Part shown: positions 1-8,400 of the stretch, piece after piece
How positions within the stretch are numbered: position 1 is the first letter of the stretch
Layout: each line of letters begins with the position of its first letter
Origin: Nanobdella aerobiophila
GTDB taxonomy: Archaea > Nanobdellota > Nanobdellia > Nanobdellales > Nanobdellaceae
NCBI RefSeq assembly: GCF_023169545.1
Contig: NZ_AP019769.1
Coordinates: 270,001-302,000 of the forward strand
Direction: 5' to 3'
DNA: 32,000 nucleotides
Notes under the pieces: generated by a model
Database searches by the model: none
Seen by the model: only the letters and a program-made list of their open reading frames with translations
What the model was told of the DNA's origin: nothing
Position numbers and translations under genes: made by a program

Positions 1-122
1 TCCATGTTATCTATGATCTCTTTTATAGACTTTATATTATTTTTTATATTTTTTAAAACCTGAATTTCTCTTTTATTTAATTCAATATCATGGTCTTCTG
101 CATCTCTTATAGGATCAACCAT
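1..122 (-). CDS. partial hypothetical protein (N-terminal MVDPIRDAEDHDIELNKREIQVLKNIKNNIKSIKEIIDNM, runs off window)
   Basis: Open frame on the minus strand from ATG at 122 to the window edge; too short to be in the ORF track. Confidence 0.45.
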   Translation of the reverse strand, partial: MVDPIRDAEDHDIELNKREIQVLKNIKNNIKSIKEIIDNM

Positions 123-145
123 AATTTAAAGAAATATTTGTTTAT

Positions 146-454
146 TTATAAATTTAATTCTATTTTATTATCATATTCTTTTGTTATATCCCATATTCTT
201 AATTTTTTACTATATATACTTTTTGGTTCTTTTGTATTATCATCTATAACCAACACTATAGTTCCTGTAATTAATTTATTTTGTCCAATACTCTCTTCTA
301 TTTTGAATCCAAATCTTTGTAGTAATTTTGTGAATTCTTTTTTATATTTATTTATAATATCCTTATCTTTTGCTGATATTGCTCCATAAAAATTTCTAAT
401 AAAACTCCTACCAGTTGGATTAACAGGCCTTAATATTTCTATTTCTATCTCCAT
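146..454 (-). CDS. hypothetical protein, 102 aa
   Basis: Complete ORF with mixed, non-low-complexity composition; same strand as the upstream partial ORF. Confidence 0.6.
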   Translation of the reverse strand: MEIEIEILRPVNPTGRSFIRNFYGAISAKDKDIINKYKKEFTKLLQRFGFKIEESIGQNKLITGTIVLVIDDNTKEPKSIYSKKLRIWDITKEYDNKIELNL

Positions 455-499
455 AAAATTTTATTAATAAATAAAAATTTAAAGATAATAGATCTTTAG

Positions 500-1171
500 A
501 TGAAAATATTAGTTAGTAGTGATCTCCATTTACCATATAATATGAAGGAAATTTATGATTCTATAAATAAGATAGATGAGAATATAGATATTATAATACT
601 TGCTGGTGATATTATAGATAATAAGCAGCATATATATTTAAAAAAGATATATTATATGCTTAATCAAAAATTTAATAATAAAAAAATATTTTCTACATTT
701 GGAAATAATGAAGCTTCTTTTTTATTAGATGATAAAAATTATAAGGACTATTATAAAAAGGAATATAACAGTTTTATATGGTTGGATTATGATTTTTATG
801 ATTTGGGAGATTACTATATAGTTGGTTTTGAGGGATTTCCGGATAGAACTTGGAAATTGAGTAATATATCAGAGATAAAAAAATATTATATAAGTAAATT
901 AAGAAGTATATTCGAGAAATTAGACAAAAAGATAATAGTATTTTCTCATTATGGACTCTCAAGAGATACTGTATTAGGTGATCCTGGTCCTTTATGGGCT
1001 TTGTATTCTCCTGATATACAAAACTTGATAGAAGAATATTCTGATAAAATTATTATTGGTTTTCATGGTCATGTTCATCAGGCTGCGAATATAAGAGCTA
1101 AATTAAATAATACAGAAATTTATAATGTTGCATTTCCTATACATAAAAGATTTTTAATATTTGAAGTCTAA
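500..1171 (+). CDS. calcineurin-like metallophosphoesterase
   Basis: Motifs SSDLHLP, LAGDIIDN, GNNE, FSHYG and GFHGHVHQA match the metallophosphoesterase metal-binding blocks. Confidence 0.9.
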   Translation: MKILVSSDLHLPYNMKEIYDSINKIDENIDIIILAGDIIDNKQHIYLKKIYYMLNQKFNNKKIFSTFGNNEASFLLDDKNYKDYYKKEYNSFIWLDYDFYDLGDYYIVGFEGFPDRTWKLSNISEIKKYYISKLRSIFEKLDKKIIVFSHYGLSRDTVLGDPGPLWALYSPDIQNLIEEYSDKIIIGFHGHVHQAANIRAKLNNTEIYNVAFPIHKRFLIFEV

Positions 1172-1180
1172 TTTTTATTT

Positions 1181-2215
1181 GTGGAATGTTCTATATTTAA
1201 AGAAGTAAATAATTATCTAAAAGATTATAGCGAATTGTATAATTTTTTTAATCAATATAAAGACAGGATATTATTTAAGGATAAAAGGGAGATAAAAGAG
1301 AAAGATTTCCTTGTAGAAGCTTACTTTAGTTATAAAGAAAATAATATTATTCTGCCGAATGAGTTTTGTAATGTAAAAAAATCTATGATCTTTAAATATA
1401 AATACTATTATTCTTTATATGCTTTTATTCATGAACTAATACATGCATATGACTATAATAAATTAAATATTTTTGACCCTAAGGTAGGGGAATTAAAAGC
1501 AGTTGCTCTGGCTCTGGTAATCATAAATAATACATATATATCAAAGAAGGTTATAAAACAAACTTATAATATTAATCCATTGAATTATGTATATATTAAT
1601 GCCTTAAATTATCTAATTATAGGATTTAATTCTTCTTATAATAATATAAAGGAGATTTTTAGATCAATAAATAGATCTACTTTAGATGATAAGTTGAATA
1701 ATACTAAAGATATTTTATATAATTATCTCTTAAGTAAAATAGATACAATAGTAATATATGATATTAAATTGCATAATTATGAAAGACTTCATGAAGATAT
1801 ATCAAAAATTATAAAGGAATTGGTTGAAAATGATTATAATCCAAAAGATTATAGCTCATTGGATAGGATCTTAAATAAAATCTTAGAGTATTTAAGGGCA
1901 TTCTATAGAAATGAAGCTTTCATATTAATAGATAAGATTTTCAGATATATAAACTCTTATTATATAGGAGCTAGATTAGGTTATTTTTTATTAAAGATAT
2001 CTAAAAATCAGAGAAGATATTATTTTTATGAGATTTTAAATATAAGAAGTCTTAATGAACTTATAGATATAGTAAAAGAAATAGAAATAAATTATGGATT
2101 TAATGGTAAAATATATATTTCTATTTTTGCAGATGATAGGAGACTTAAAGAGTTGAAAAGAAAATATGAAAAATTTTCATTAAAATTTGGAGAGAAATTT
2201 ATGAAAGGAACATAG
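1181..2215 (+). CDS. Atp23/M76-like zinc metallopeptidase-domain protein with a long alpha-rich C-terminal extension
   Basis: FIHELIHAYDYNKL followed by KVGELKAVALAL resembles Atp23 HELIHAxD..R ... EIRAANLSG; the rest of the protein has no recognised domain. Confidence 0.5.
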   Translation: MECSIFKEVNNYLKDYSELYNFFNQYKDRILFKDKREIKEKDFLVEAYFSYKENNIILPNEFCNVKKSMIFKYKYYYSLYAFIHELIHAYDYNKLNIFDPKVGELKAVALALVIINNTYISKKVIKQTYNINPLNYVYINALNYLIIGFNSSYNNIKEIFRSINRSTLDDKLNNTKDILYNYLLSKIDTIVIYDIKLHNYERLHEDISKIIKELVENDYNPKDYSSLDRILNKILEYLRAFYRNEAFILIDKIFRYINSYYIGARLGYFLLKISKNQRRYYFYEILNIRSLNELIDIVKEIEINYGFNGKIYISIFADDRRLKELKRKYEKFSLKFGEKFMKGT

Positions 2216-2238
2216 GAAATAAAAGTAATTTTTATATA

Positions 2239-2339
2239 TGTCGCCGGGGGGAATTGAACCCCCGACCTCTTGGTTTCTCACAGACTCATCTTATCCTTTG
2301 GTTATGAGCCAAGCGCTCTGACCTCTGAGCTACGGCGAC
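2239..2339 (-). tRNA. tRNA-Met (CAT), probably elongator, with a 28-nt archaeal intron at 2275-2302 (between positions 37 and 38)
   Basis: Acceptor GTCGCCG/CGGCGAC, anticodon stem CTTGG/CCAAG, T-arm GGGGG TTCAATT CCCCC. A CTCA/TGAG central helix with UAA and AAA 3-nt bulges forms a bulge-helix-bulge splice motif; the spliced tRNA is 73 nt with no encoded CCA. Confidence 0.93.
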
Positions 2340-2393
2340 ATATTTTGTTAAGTAAATTATAAGTTTTATAAAAGTTTTATTTATAAAAGAACT

Positions 2394-2789
2394 ATGGCAG
2401 ATAAGGAGAGGTGGGGTATTGCATGGATATATTCAAATAAAAATAATACAATAGTTCATATTACAGATATCACCGGTTCTGAAACATTTTCTATAGGTTC
2501 TGGAGGTATGGTTGTATTAGCTCAAAGGCTTGAAGGTACACCAACTGCAGCAATTTTAGCAGCTAAGAATGCGGCACAGAAAGCTATGGAGAAAGGAATT
2601 ACAGGTGTTCATGTAAGAGTAAGAGCTCCTGGTGGACATAATGGTCCGTGGGTACCAACGCCCTCTGCTCAATTTGCAATAAAAACATTAATTACTTCGG
2701 GGTTAAAAGTTGGTGTCGTAGAAGATATAACTCCAATACCACATGATCATTGTAGGAGGAAGGGTGGTAAGAGGGGTAGAAGATTATAA
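2394..2789 (+). CDS. rps11: 30S ribosomal protein uS11
   Basis: [60 protein letters not shown] and [19 protein letters not shown] are diagnostic for uS11. Confidence 0.97.
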   Translation: MADKERWGIAWIYSNKNNTIVHITDITGSETFSIGSGGMVVLAQRLEGTPTAAILAAKNAAQKAMEKGITGVHVRVRAPGGHNGPWVPTPSAQFAIKTLITSGLKVGVVEDITPIPHDHCRRKGGKRGRRL

Positions 2790-2855
2790 ATTTTTTATTT
2801 TATATAAATATCAATAAATTTCTTTATAGCTCTTTTTATTGCAAATAAATAAAAT

Positions 2856-3941
2856 TTAATTTTCTTCATTTATAGATAATTTTTTTTCGAAAAAATCAAA
2901 TAAATCTTTTATATTATTTTCATATATCAGTCCTCCCGCTGCTTTTGGATGACCACCACCGCTGATACCATATTTTTTTGAAAATTCATTCATTAATATT
3001 CCAACATCTATCTTTTTATTATTTTGATATCTTACTGATACTGCATATTTTCTTTTTCCTTTTTTAAATAATCTATTAAATAGACCTTTATCCTTTAGAG
3101 ATAATACTATTATTAATTTATTTGGCTTAAATGCGGATACTACGGTAGATAATACACCAGAGGATTTAGCTTCAAATGCAACCATCTTCTCTGATTCATA
3201 TAATTTTTTAGAATCAGATATTCCTGTATAATATCTTAATCCACCTTTTTTTAATTTTTTAATGTCTATTTCTTTTATAAAATCTTCTATACTTAATGCC
3301 TTATCTATATTCTCTGCTATATCATATGGATGTGCTATTAAAAATAAGTAAAAATATACAAAATATGGCATTGTAAAATTAACTCCATTATATAATGATC
3401 TATAGTTTTTTATTAAATCTTTTATTAATTCTTCATCATTTTCGAACATAAAATCGCCTATAGCACCTATGGATGCTATTAATGAATATCTTCCGAATTC
3501 GTTATTGAATATATTTTTTCCTATTTTATATACTATACTTGTTGTACATATTTCCATATTAAATAATGCTCTTACATCAAAATATATCATATTTTCTGGA
3601 ATATTATCTGGAACCTTTCTTTTATGGTGGTCTAAATATATAAAATTTATATTATTATTTTTTTCAGCAAATTTTAATAATTGAATATCATCCATTGGAG
3701 TATCTAGGAATATTATTGTTTTTATATCTTTGTTATTATTTATTATTCCATATAATATCCTTGTTAAATCTTTATTGTTTTCTCCCTTCAACCTGAAATA
3801 TTCCATATATTTTTTATTTAATTTATTTAGTATTATTTTCATTAAACTTAAAGACATCTTTCCATCCAAATCACTATCAGCTACTATTAGTATTTTTTCT
3901 TCTGAATTTTTAATTATATCCGAAACTTCCTTAAAATCCAT
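2856..3941 (-). CDS. DHH-family phosphoesterase (intact motifs)
   Basis: DSDLDG, LDTP, LDHH, IGAIGD and C-terminal GGGHPKAAGG are all present. Confidence 0.88.
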   Translation of the reverse strand: MDFKEVSDIIKNSEEKILIVADSDLDGKMSLSLMKIILNKLNKKYMEYFRLKGENNKDLTRILYGIINNNKDIKTIIFLDTPMDDIQLLKFAEKNNNINFIYLDHHKRKVPDNIPENMIYFDVRALFNMEICTTSIVYKIGKNIFNNEFGRYSLIASIGAIGDFMFENDEELIKDLIKNYRSLYNGVNFTMPYFVYFYLFLIAHPYDIAENIDKALSIEDFIKEIDIKKLKKGGLRYYTGISDSKKLYESEKMVAFEAKSSGVLSTVVSAFKPNKLIIVLSLKDKGLFNRLFKKGKRKYAVSVRYQNNKKIDVGILMNEFSKKYGISGGGHPKAAGGLIYENNIKDLFDFFEKKLSINEEN

Positions 3942-3977
3942 AAAATAAATAAAATATCCTATATATTTATAAGTAAT

Positions 3978-4050
3978 GCTCCGATAGCTCAGTTGGTAGA
4001 GCGATGGATTCGTAATCCATAGGTCTCGGGTTCGAATCCCGATCGGAGCA
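3978..4050 (+). tRNA. tRNA-Thr (CGT)
   Basis: Cloverleaf: GCTCCGA/TCGGAGC acceptor, D-arm GCTCAGTTGGTAGAGC, anticodon arm ATGGA TTCGTAA TCCAT, T-arm CGGG TTCGAAT CCCG; 73 nt with no intron. Confidence 0.95.
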
Positions 4051-4051
4051 C

Positions 4052-4756
4052 TTATCTCCTATTTTTGTTTCTATAATAATATTGGTAATTATTATAGTAA
4101 TTATAATTACCATACTGATTATTATAAGCATTATTATAGTATCTATTGTAGTTTTGATAATTATAATTTTGTCCATAGTTATTTGAGTAATTATATTGAT
4201 TATAATCTTGATAATTATTATTTATATCATAATTATTATCATCCTGTTCTATCTCTTCATCTATAAATGATGGTAAATATTTATCTATTAAGTATACAAT
4301 TAAATATATTATAGGAAAGAAAGCTATTATAGATATTATATTATTTATATTAAAACTGGACAGGTTATACATAAAAGGAGTTAGAAATATCTGAAAATAT
4401 GCGAATACTCCTGTCTTTCCCAATAATTTTGCAATTTTTTTTCTTTTAGCAGCAGATATTAATATAAAAATTGATAATGATAAGAACCCCAATGCTATAA
4501 ATAATTTTGGTAGATCATAAATATTACTTGTTTCATATAATTCTCTTAACCAATCTATAGATACCCAAGAAAAGATTATACTATTCGCCAATGCATGACT
4601 ATAGTGTATACCTTCTTTTTCTACGAAGTATTCCATACTAATCCAAGTAATATATGTAGGATAAGTAATCCATATAATTTGTAGATTTGTTATGGTAAGG
4701 ATTAGGATATTTAACCATGAATCTACTATATTTAGTAATATAATTGTTATATCCAT
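4052..4756 (-). CDS. multi-pass membrane protein with a Tyr/Asn/Gln-rich low-complexity C-terminal tail
   Basis: Several hydrophobic helices followed by DDNNYDINNNYQDYNQYNYSNNYGQNYNYQNYNRYYNNAYNNQYGNYNYYNNYQYYYRNKNRR. Confidence 0.75.
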   Translation of the reverse strand: MDITIILLNIVDSWLNILILTITNLQIIWITYPTYITWISMEYFVEKEGIHYSHALANSIIFSWVSIDWLRELYETSNIYDLPKLFIALGFLSLSIFILISAAKRKKIAKLLGKTGVFAYFQIFLTPFMYNLSSFNINNIISIIAFFPIIYLIVYLIDKYLPSFIDEEIEQDDNNYDINNNYQDYNQYNYSNNYGQNYNYQNYNRYYNNAYNNQYGNYNYYNNYQYYYRNKNRR

Positions 4757-4819
4757 AATATATATTTAGGAAATTTTGTAATATATTAATTTTTTAAATA
4801 TTATTTGGAAGATAAGTAT

Positions 4820-5425
4820 ATGGGTTTAGGAATCGCATTTTATGTATTATTCATGTTAATTGATATTATAATATCTATCTGGAATTCATATAATGTTGGA
4901 AGATCTTTAGAATATATGAGAATAAATAATATATATAATGATTGGCCTCGATTAGTCTCTTATTCTACATTGGTTTTATCATTTGCTGGTGCAGCATATG
5001 GCACTACAGGAATATTATCTATAATAGCATATTATTTCTCATATATAAGTTCTAATACCTTAATTTCAGTTCTATCATTATCATTCTTAGTTTTTGGATT
5101 ATTAATTATATTATTTGGTATAGTGGTTACAGTTAATAGTATTATAGTAGCATATAAAACAAGAAACTTTTGGTCCGTCCTTGTAGCATTATTTAATAGT
5201 ATATCAACAATCTGGAATATATTTATATACATAGAAGGATTTTCTTATGCCATAGAATCATTAAGGGACATATCTAATGATAGAGATTCGCAAAATGCGC
5301 TTGCATTGATAATTATCGCTGCAGTATTAATATCATTTTTCTTAGTTTATGGTGCATATAAATATGGAAAATATTCATTGTACAAGAATACTGTAAGTAT
5401 TAATCCATCGCCAATAGACTATTAA
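4820..5425 (+). CDS. multi-pass membrane protein, unknown function
   Basis: About five hydrophobic segments. The track start at 4805 is a TTG; an in-frame ATG lies at 4820. The stop overlaps the next start (TAATG). Confidence 0.75.
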   Translation: MGLGIAFYVLFMLIDIIISIWNSYNVGRSLEYMRINNIYNDWPRLVSYSTLVLSFAGAAYGTTGILSIIAYYFSYISSNTLISVLSLSFLVFGLLIILFGIVVTVNSIIVAYKTRNFWSVLVALFNSISTIWNIFIYIEGFSYAIESLRDISNDRDSQNALALIIIAAVLISFFLVYGAYKYGKYSLYKNTVSINPSPIDY

Positions 5426-5988
5426 TGAAGAATATACAATTTTATGGTAAATATTTAGAAGATATATTATCCGGTAAGAAAAGAATAACGATAAGACTAT
5501 CGAAGGGGGGTTTTAAGATTGGTGATATATTTATACTTCACGCAGGCGGAAAAGCAATTGGAAAGTATAGAATAAAAAATATATATACTAAGAAGTTGTA
5601 TCAGATTACGGATGAAGAGGCTAAATTGGATGGATATAATAATAAAGAAGAGCTTATTAATGAAATTTTAAGAATATATAAAAATATAAATATTAAAAAA
5701 GAGGTTGTAATAATTGAATTTGAACCATTAGAAATATTTAAAACAGATATATCTTCTGAAGAATATGCATGGGGTGGGCAAAAGGTAGATATCATAAAAT
5801 TGGCGAATTTAATATTAAAATATGATGACCAATTAACTTCAAGGCATAAAGAACTATTAAATATATTAATAAAAGAAGGAAGCCTTAGAAAAGCTGCATT
5901 ATCCCTAGGTAATATAAAAAAGAGAAATTTATTTAGAAAAATATTAAAAAAAGGATATGAAAGATTGAAAAAGAAAAAGATTATATAA
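5425..5988 (+). CDS. ASCH/PUA-like domain protein with C-terminal helix-turn-helix-like region
   Basis: N-terminus MKNIQFYGKYLEDILSGKKRITIRLSKGGFKIGDIFILHAGGKAIGKYRI matches ASCH; C-terminus LTSRHKELLNILIKEGSLRKAALSLG is HTH-like. Confidence 0.7.
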   Translation: MKNIQFYGKYLEDILSGKKRITIRLSKGGFKIGDIFILHAGGKAIGKYRIKNIYTKKLYQITDEEAKLDGYNNKEELINEILRIYKNINIKKEVVIIEFEPLEIFKTDISSEEYAWGGQKVDIIKLANLILKYDDQLTSRHKELLNILIKEGSLRKAALSLGNIKKRNLFRKILKKGYERLKKKKII

Positions 5989-7357
5989 TATTTTCTTGTC
6001 TTAAACTGATCTTTATACTTTTTATGAATTCTTCATAATTATTTATATCTAATAAAAATCCACCAAAGTTATCAAAACTAGAATATGATATAATCTTATT
6101 TTCAAATAATCTTCTTATAATATTATTTATTATTCTTTTATTTTCAATTTTTGATCTTATTAATCCTCTATAATAATTATTATTCTTAAATAATACTATT
6201 ATTGCCTTATCTTTTAGTATCCCTTCTTTTATTAATAAATCAACCAATAAGGATATATAATAACCATTACCATAATTTTTTTCAATTTTTATTATTTTTA
6301 TACCATTTTCATTAATTGTTTCAAATTTATTCTCTATTATATCATATAAAGATTTTGAAAAATTTGATCTAAATATAGTCTCAGAATCTTTTAATATATC
6401 TATTGGTATTTTTTTGAGGAAATATAGTATTCCATATAAATTTTTTGATTCTATTAAACTTTCTATAGAATATAGTACTTCATTTAAATCTCCAATTTCA
6501 GTATTTTTATTTATTTTATATAATTTTCCTATTAAATCTTCAGTTCTATTCAAATTATATTTTAATTTTAATTTTATTATATTACTAACTATTTTCTTTA
6601 TATCCTCCTCTGATACATCTTCGTACATGATATTTGCAGTTCCTTTTTTATCTACATTTATACCTTTCAATAAATCTAAAGCTTTTTCATCACTTCCAGT
6701 AATATATGGTATATAAAAATTATATGAATTACTTATAGATTTATATAATGGCTTTTTATATATCCCGGGTAGATTTAATCCTAGATTTTCTATAATTAAC
6801 TCATCTTCTTTTAGTTCATTCAAAATTTCATTATTTATATTAGAAAAATCATATATATTACCAATTAAAGATAAATATAATAGCTCTTTATTATGAGACA
6901 TATTTTTAGATATATAATATAATATATTTGAGGTAGATACTTCCTTATAAGAATCAAGATTAAATATCGTGGGATTTAGGTTTACAACACTATTGATTTC
7001 TAGATCCTTGGATACTAAATAATGATGATCTATTATATATATTTTTTTATTTATATCTTTATTCATTTTTATTAGTATATCTGAAAATATAGATCCAGTA
7101 TCTATAAAAAATATATTATCATATTCATAAGAATCTTTTTCATATAATAAGGATCTTACTTCATCGTATTTTATAGAATCTATATACGTTAGATGTACTT
7201 CTGCATTTTTTCTATATAGAGAATTTAGTAACAATATAGAAGAAGATATTCCATCAGGATTCAAAGATGAAAATATCAGGAAACTTTTATTATTTTCTAT
7301 TTCTTTCTCTATTTTATTTGTTAAATCTTCTATATATGATAAAAATCTATTGTTCAT
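5981..7357 (-). CDS. DHH superfamily RecJ/GAN/Cdc45-like protein, catalytic motifs degenerate
   Basis: SSLNPDGISSS, FFIDTGS, IIDHH, SLIGNIYD and C-terminal FGGF; adjacent to rps15, a common archaeal arrangement for GAN-type RecJ homologues. Confidence 0.75.
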   Translation of the reverse strand: MNNRFLSYIEDLTNKIEKEIENNKSFLIFSSLNPDGISSSILLLNSLYRKNAEVHLTYIDSIKYDEVRSLLYEKDSYEYDNIFFIDTGSIFSDILIKMNKDINKKIYIIDHHYLVSKDLEINSVVNLNPTIFNLDSYKEVSTSNILYYISKNMSHNKELLYLSLIGNIYDFSNINNEILNELKEDELIIENLGLNLPGIYKKPLYKSISNSYNFYIPYITGSDEKALDLLKGINVDKKGTANIMYEDVSEEDIKKIVSNIIKLKLKYNLNRTEDLIGKLYKINKNTEIGDLNEVLYSIESLIESKNLYGILYFLKKIPIDILKDSETIFRSNFSKSLYDIIENKFETINENGIKIIKIEKNYGNGYYISLLVDLLIKEGILKDKAIIVLFKNNNYYRGLIRSKIENKRIINNIIRRLFENKIISYSSFDNFGGFLLDINNYEEFIKSIKISLRQENII

Positions 7358-7737
7358 GAAGATGCATACATCTTTGCTAGATCTCTAGAATACTCAAAAG
7401 ATTTTGGTAATTTATTTCTTTTCTTATAATATTTTATTAATGATAATACTTGGGTTTCTATCTCCTCTAATGATTTTTTTGTAACCTTATCCTGTTTGTT
7501 ACTTTCTAGATGTTTTAATATTTTACTTATTCTCTTTAATAAGAATAATAAATCTTCTGGTATATCATATTTTATATTTATAGATTTCATATATCTGGTA
7601 ATTTTCGTTTTATATAACTCTTTAAAATTTACACCCTTTTGATCTTTTATATATTTACCTATGTATGATGAAGTATAACCTTTATTATGCAAATCTTTTA
7701 TTATATTGTCAATTTCTTCCTTTGATACATCTTCCAT
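7354..7737 (-). CDS. rps15: 30S ribosomal protein uS15
   Basis: LHNKGYTSSYIGKYIKDQKGV, DIPEDLLFLLKRI, LESNKQDKVTKKSLEEIETQVLSLIKYYKKRNKLP match archaeal uS15. Overlaps the RecJ-like start by 4 nt. Confidence 0.93.
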   Translation of the reverse strand: MEDVSKEEIDNIIKDLHNKGYTSSYIGKYIKDQKGVNFKELYKTKITRYMKSINIKYDIPEDLLFLLKRISKILKHLESNKQDKVTKKSLEEIETQVLSLIKYYKKRNKLPKSFEYSRDLAKMYASS

Positions 7738-7768
7738 AAATACCTAGATTATAAAAATATTAAAAAAA

Positions 7769-8272
7769 CTATCTTTTATACAAGCCTATAAAATACCCAT
7801 AACCGATAATATTCTCTTCATTTATATTTTTTAGAAAATCATTAATATCATACCCAGGTTCTATGATTTTATTCAATAATAGTACTATTGTATAATATCT
7901 ATGTTCTTTATCTCCTCTTGGCGGGCATGGACCCAAATAGCCAATTTTATTAAAGTCATTTATCCCTTGTATACATTCTATACCACTAATTTTTATAGAT
8001 CTTGTCTTTTCTATATTTTCAGGTATATTATTTACTTTTCCCTTTATATATAATATCCAATGCGTGAATATACCTCCAGGAGCATCCGGATCTTCTAATA
8101 ATAACAGAATACTTTTTGTTTCTTCAGGTATATCATTTATATAAATACCAAAAGATTTATTTTCTCCTTCGCATGTATACTCTTTTGGTATAAATTCCAT
8201 ATTTTTAAATGCCGAAGAATATACATTTATAATTTTTGTATCATCTCTTATTTTTATATTTAATAGATTCAT
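7769..8272 (-). CDS. phosphatidylethanolamine-binding-protein (YbhB/YbcL) family protein
   Basis: FIPKEYTCEGENKS, LLLEDPDAPGGIFTHWILY, GIQGINDFNKIGYLGPCPPRGDKEHRY. Confidence 0.92.
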   Translation of the reverse strand: MNLLNIKIRDDTKIINVYSSAFKNMEFIPKEYTCEGENKSFGIYINDIPEETKSILLLLEDPDAPGGIFTHWILYIKGKVNNIPENIEKTRSIKISGIECIQGINDFNKIGYLGPCPPRGDKEHRYYTIVLLLNKIIEPGYDINDFLKNINEENIIGYGYFIGLYKR

Positions 8273-8314
8273 AATAAAATATTTTTTAAGAAAAAAATAA
8301 AAATAAAATTTTAT

Positions 8315-8363
8315 ATGATGAAAGAATTATGTCTGAAAAATGATGATCTGTTCGGTCTCCTGA
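8315..8363 (+). ncRNA. archaeal C/D-box sRNA (double guide)
   Basis: C box ATGATGA 8315-8321, D' CTGA 8333-8336, C' ATGATGA 8340-8346, D CTGA 8360-8363. Guide intervals are 11 and 13 nt with a 3-nt D'-C' spacer. TTAT/ATAA can form a short closing stem. Confidence 0.85.
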
Positions 8364-8400
8364 ATTATAAAAATATAAGAGTTTTTTATATAATTAATTA

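Noticed and set aside
90-389. Plus-strand ORF of 99 aa
   Set aside because: Overlaps the better-composed minus ORF at 146-454; composition is I/F/L/S-rich as expected for antisense of an AT-rich gene.
2275-2302. Possible tRNA-Met pseudogene because of extra sequence in the anticodon arm
   Set aside because: The extra 28 nt fit exactly a canonical 37/38 intron with a bulge-helix-bulge motif.
3469-3948. Plus-strand ORFs 3469-3684 and 3730-3948
   Set aside because: Antisense to the intact DHH phosphoesterase gene.
3967-4176. Minus-strand ORF ending ...CSDRDSNPRPMDYESIALPTELSEHYL
   Set aside because: It is the antisense translation of tRNA-Thr (the familiar 'SNPRPxDYESxALPTEL' artefact) extended by an AT-rich repeat region.
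4060-4210. Dense ATTATTATA-like tandem repeats considered as a satellite or CRISPR-like array
   Set aside because: No uniform repeat/spacer length; they are explained as codons for the Tyr/Asn-rich tail.
6414-6716. Plus-strand 100-aa ORF
   Set aside because: Antisense to the RecJ/GAN-like gene with no recognisable motif.
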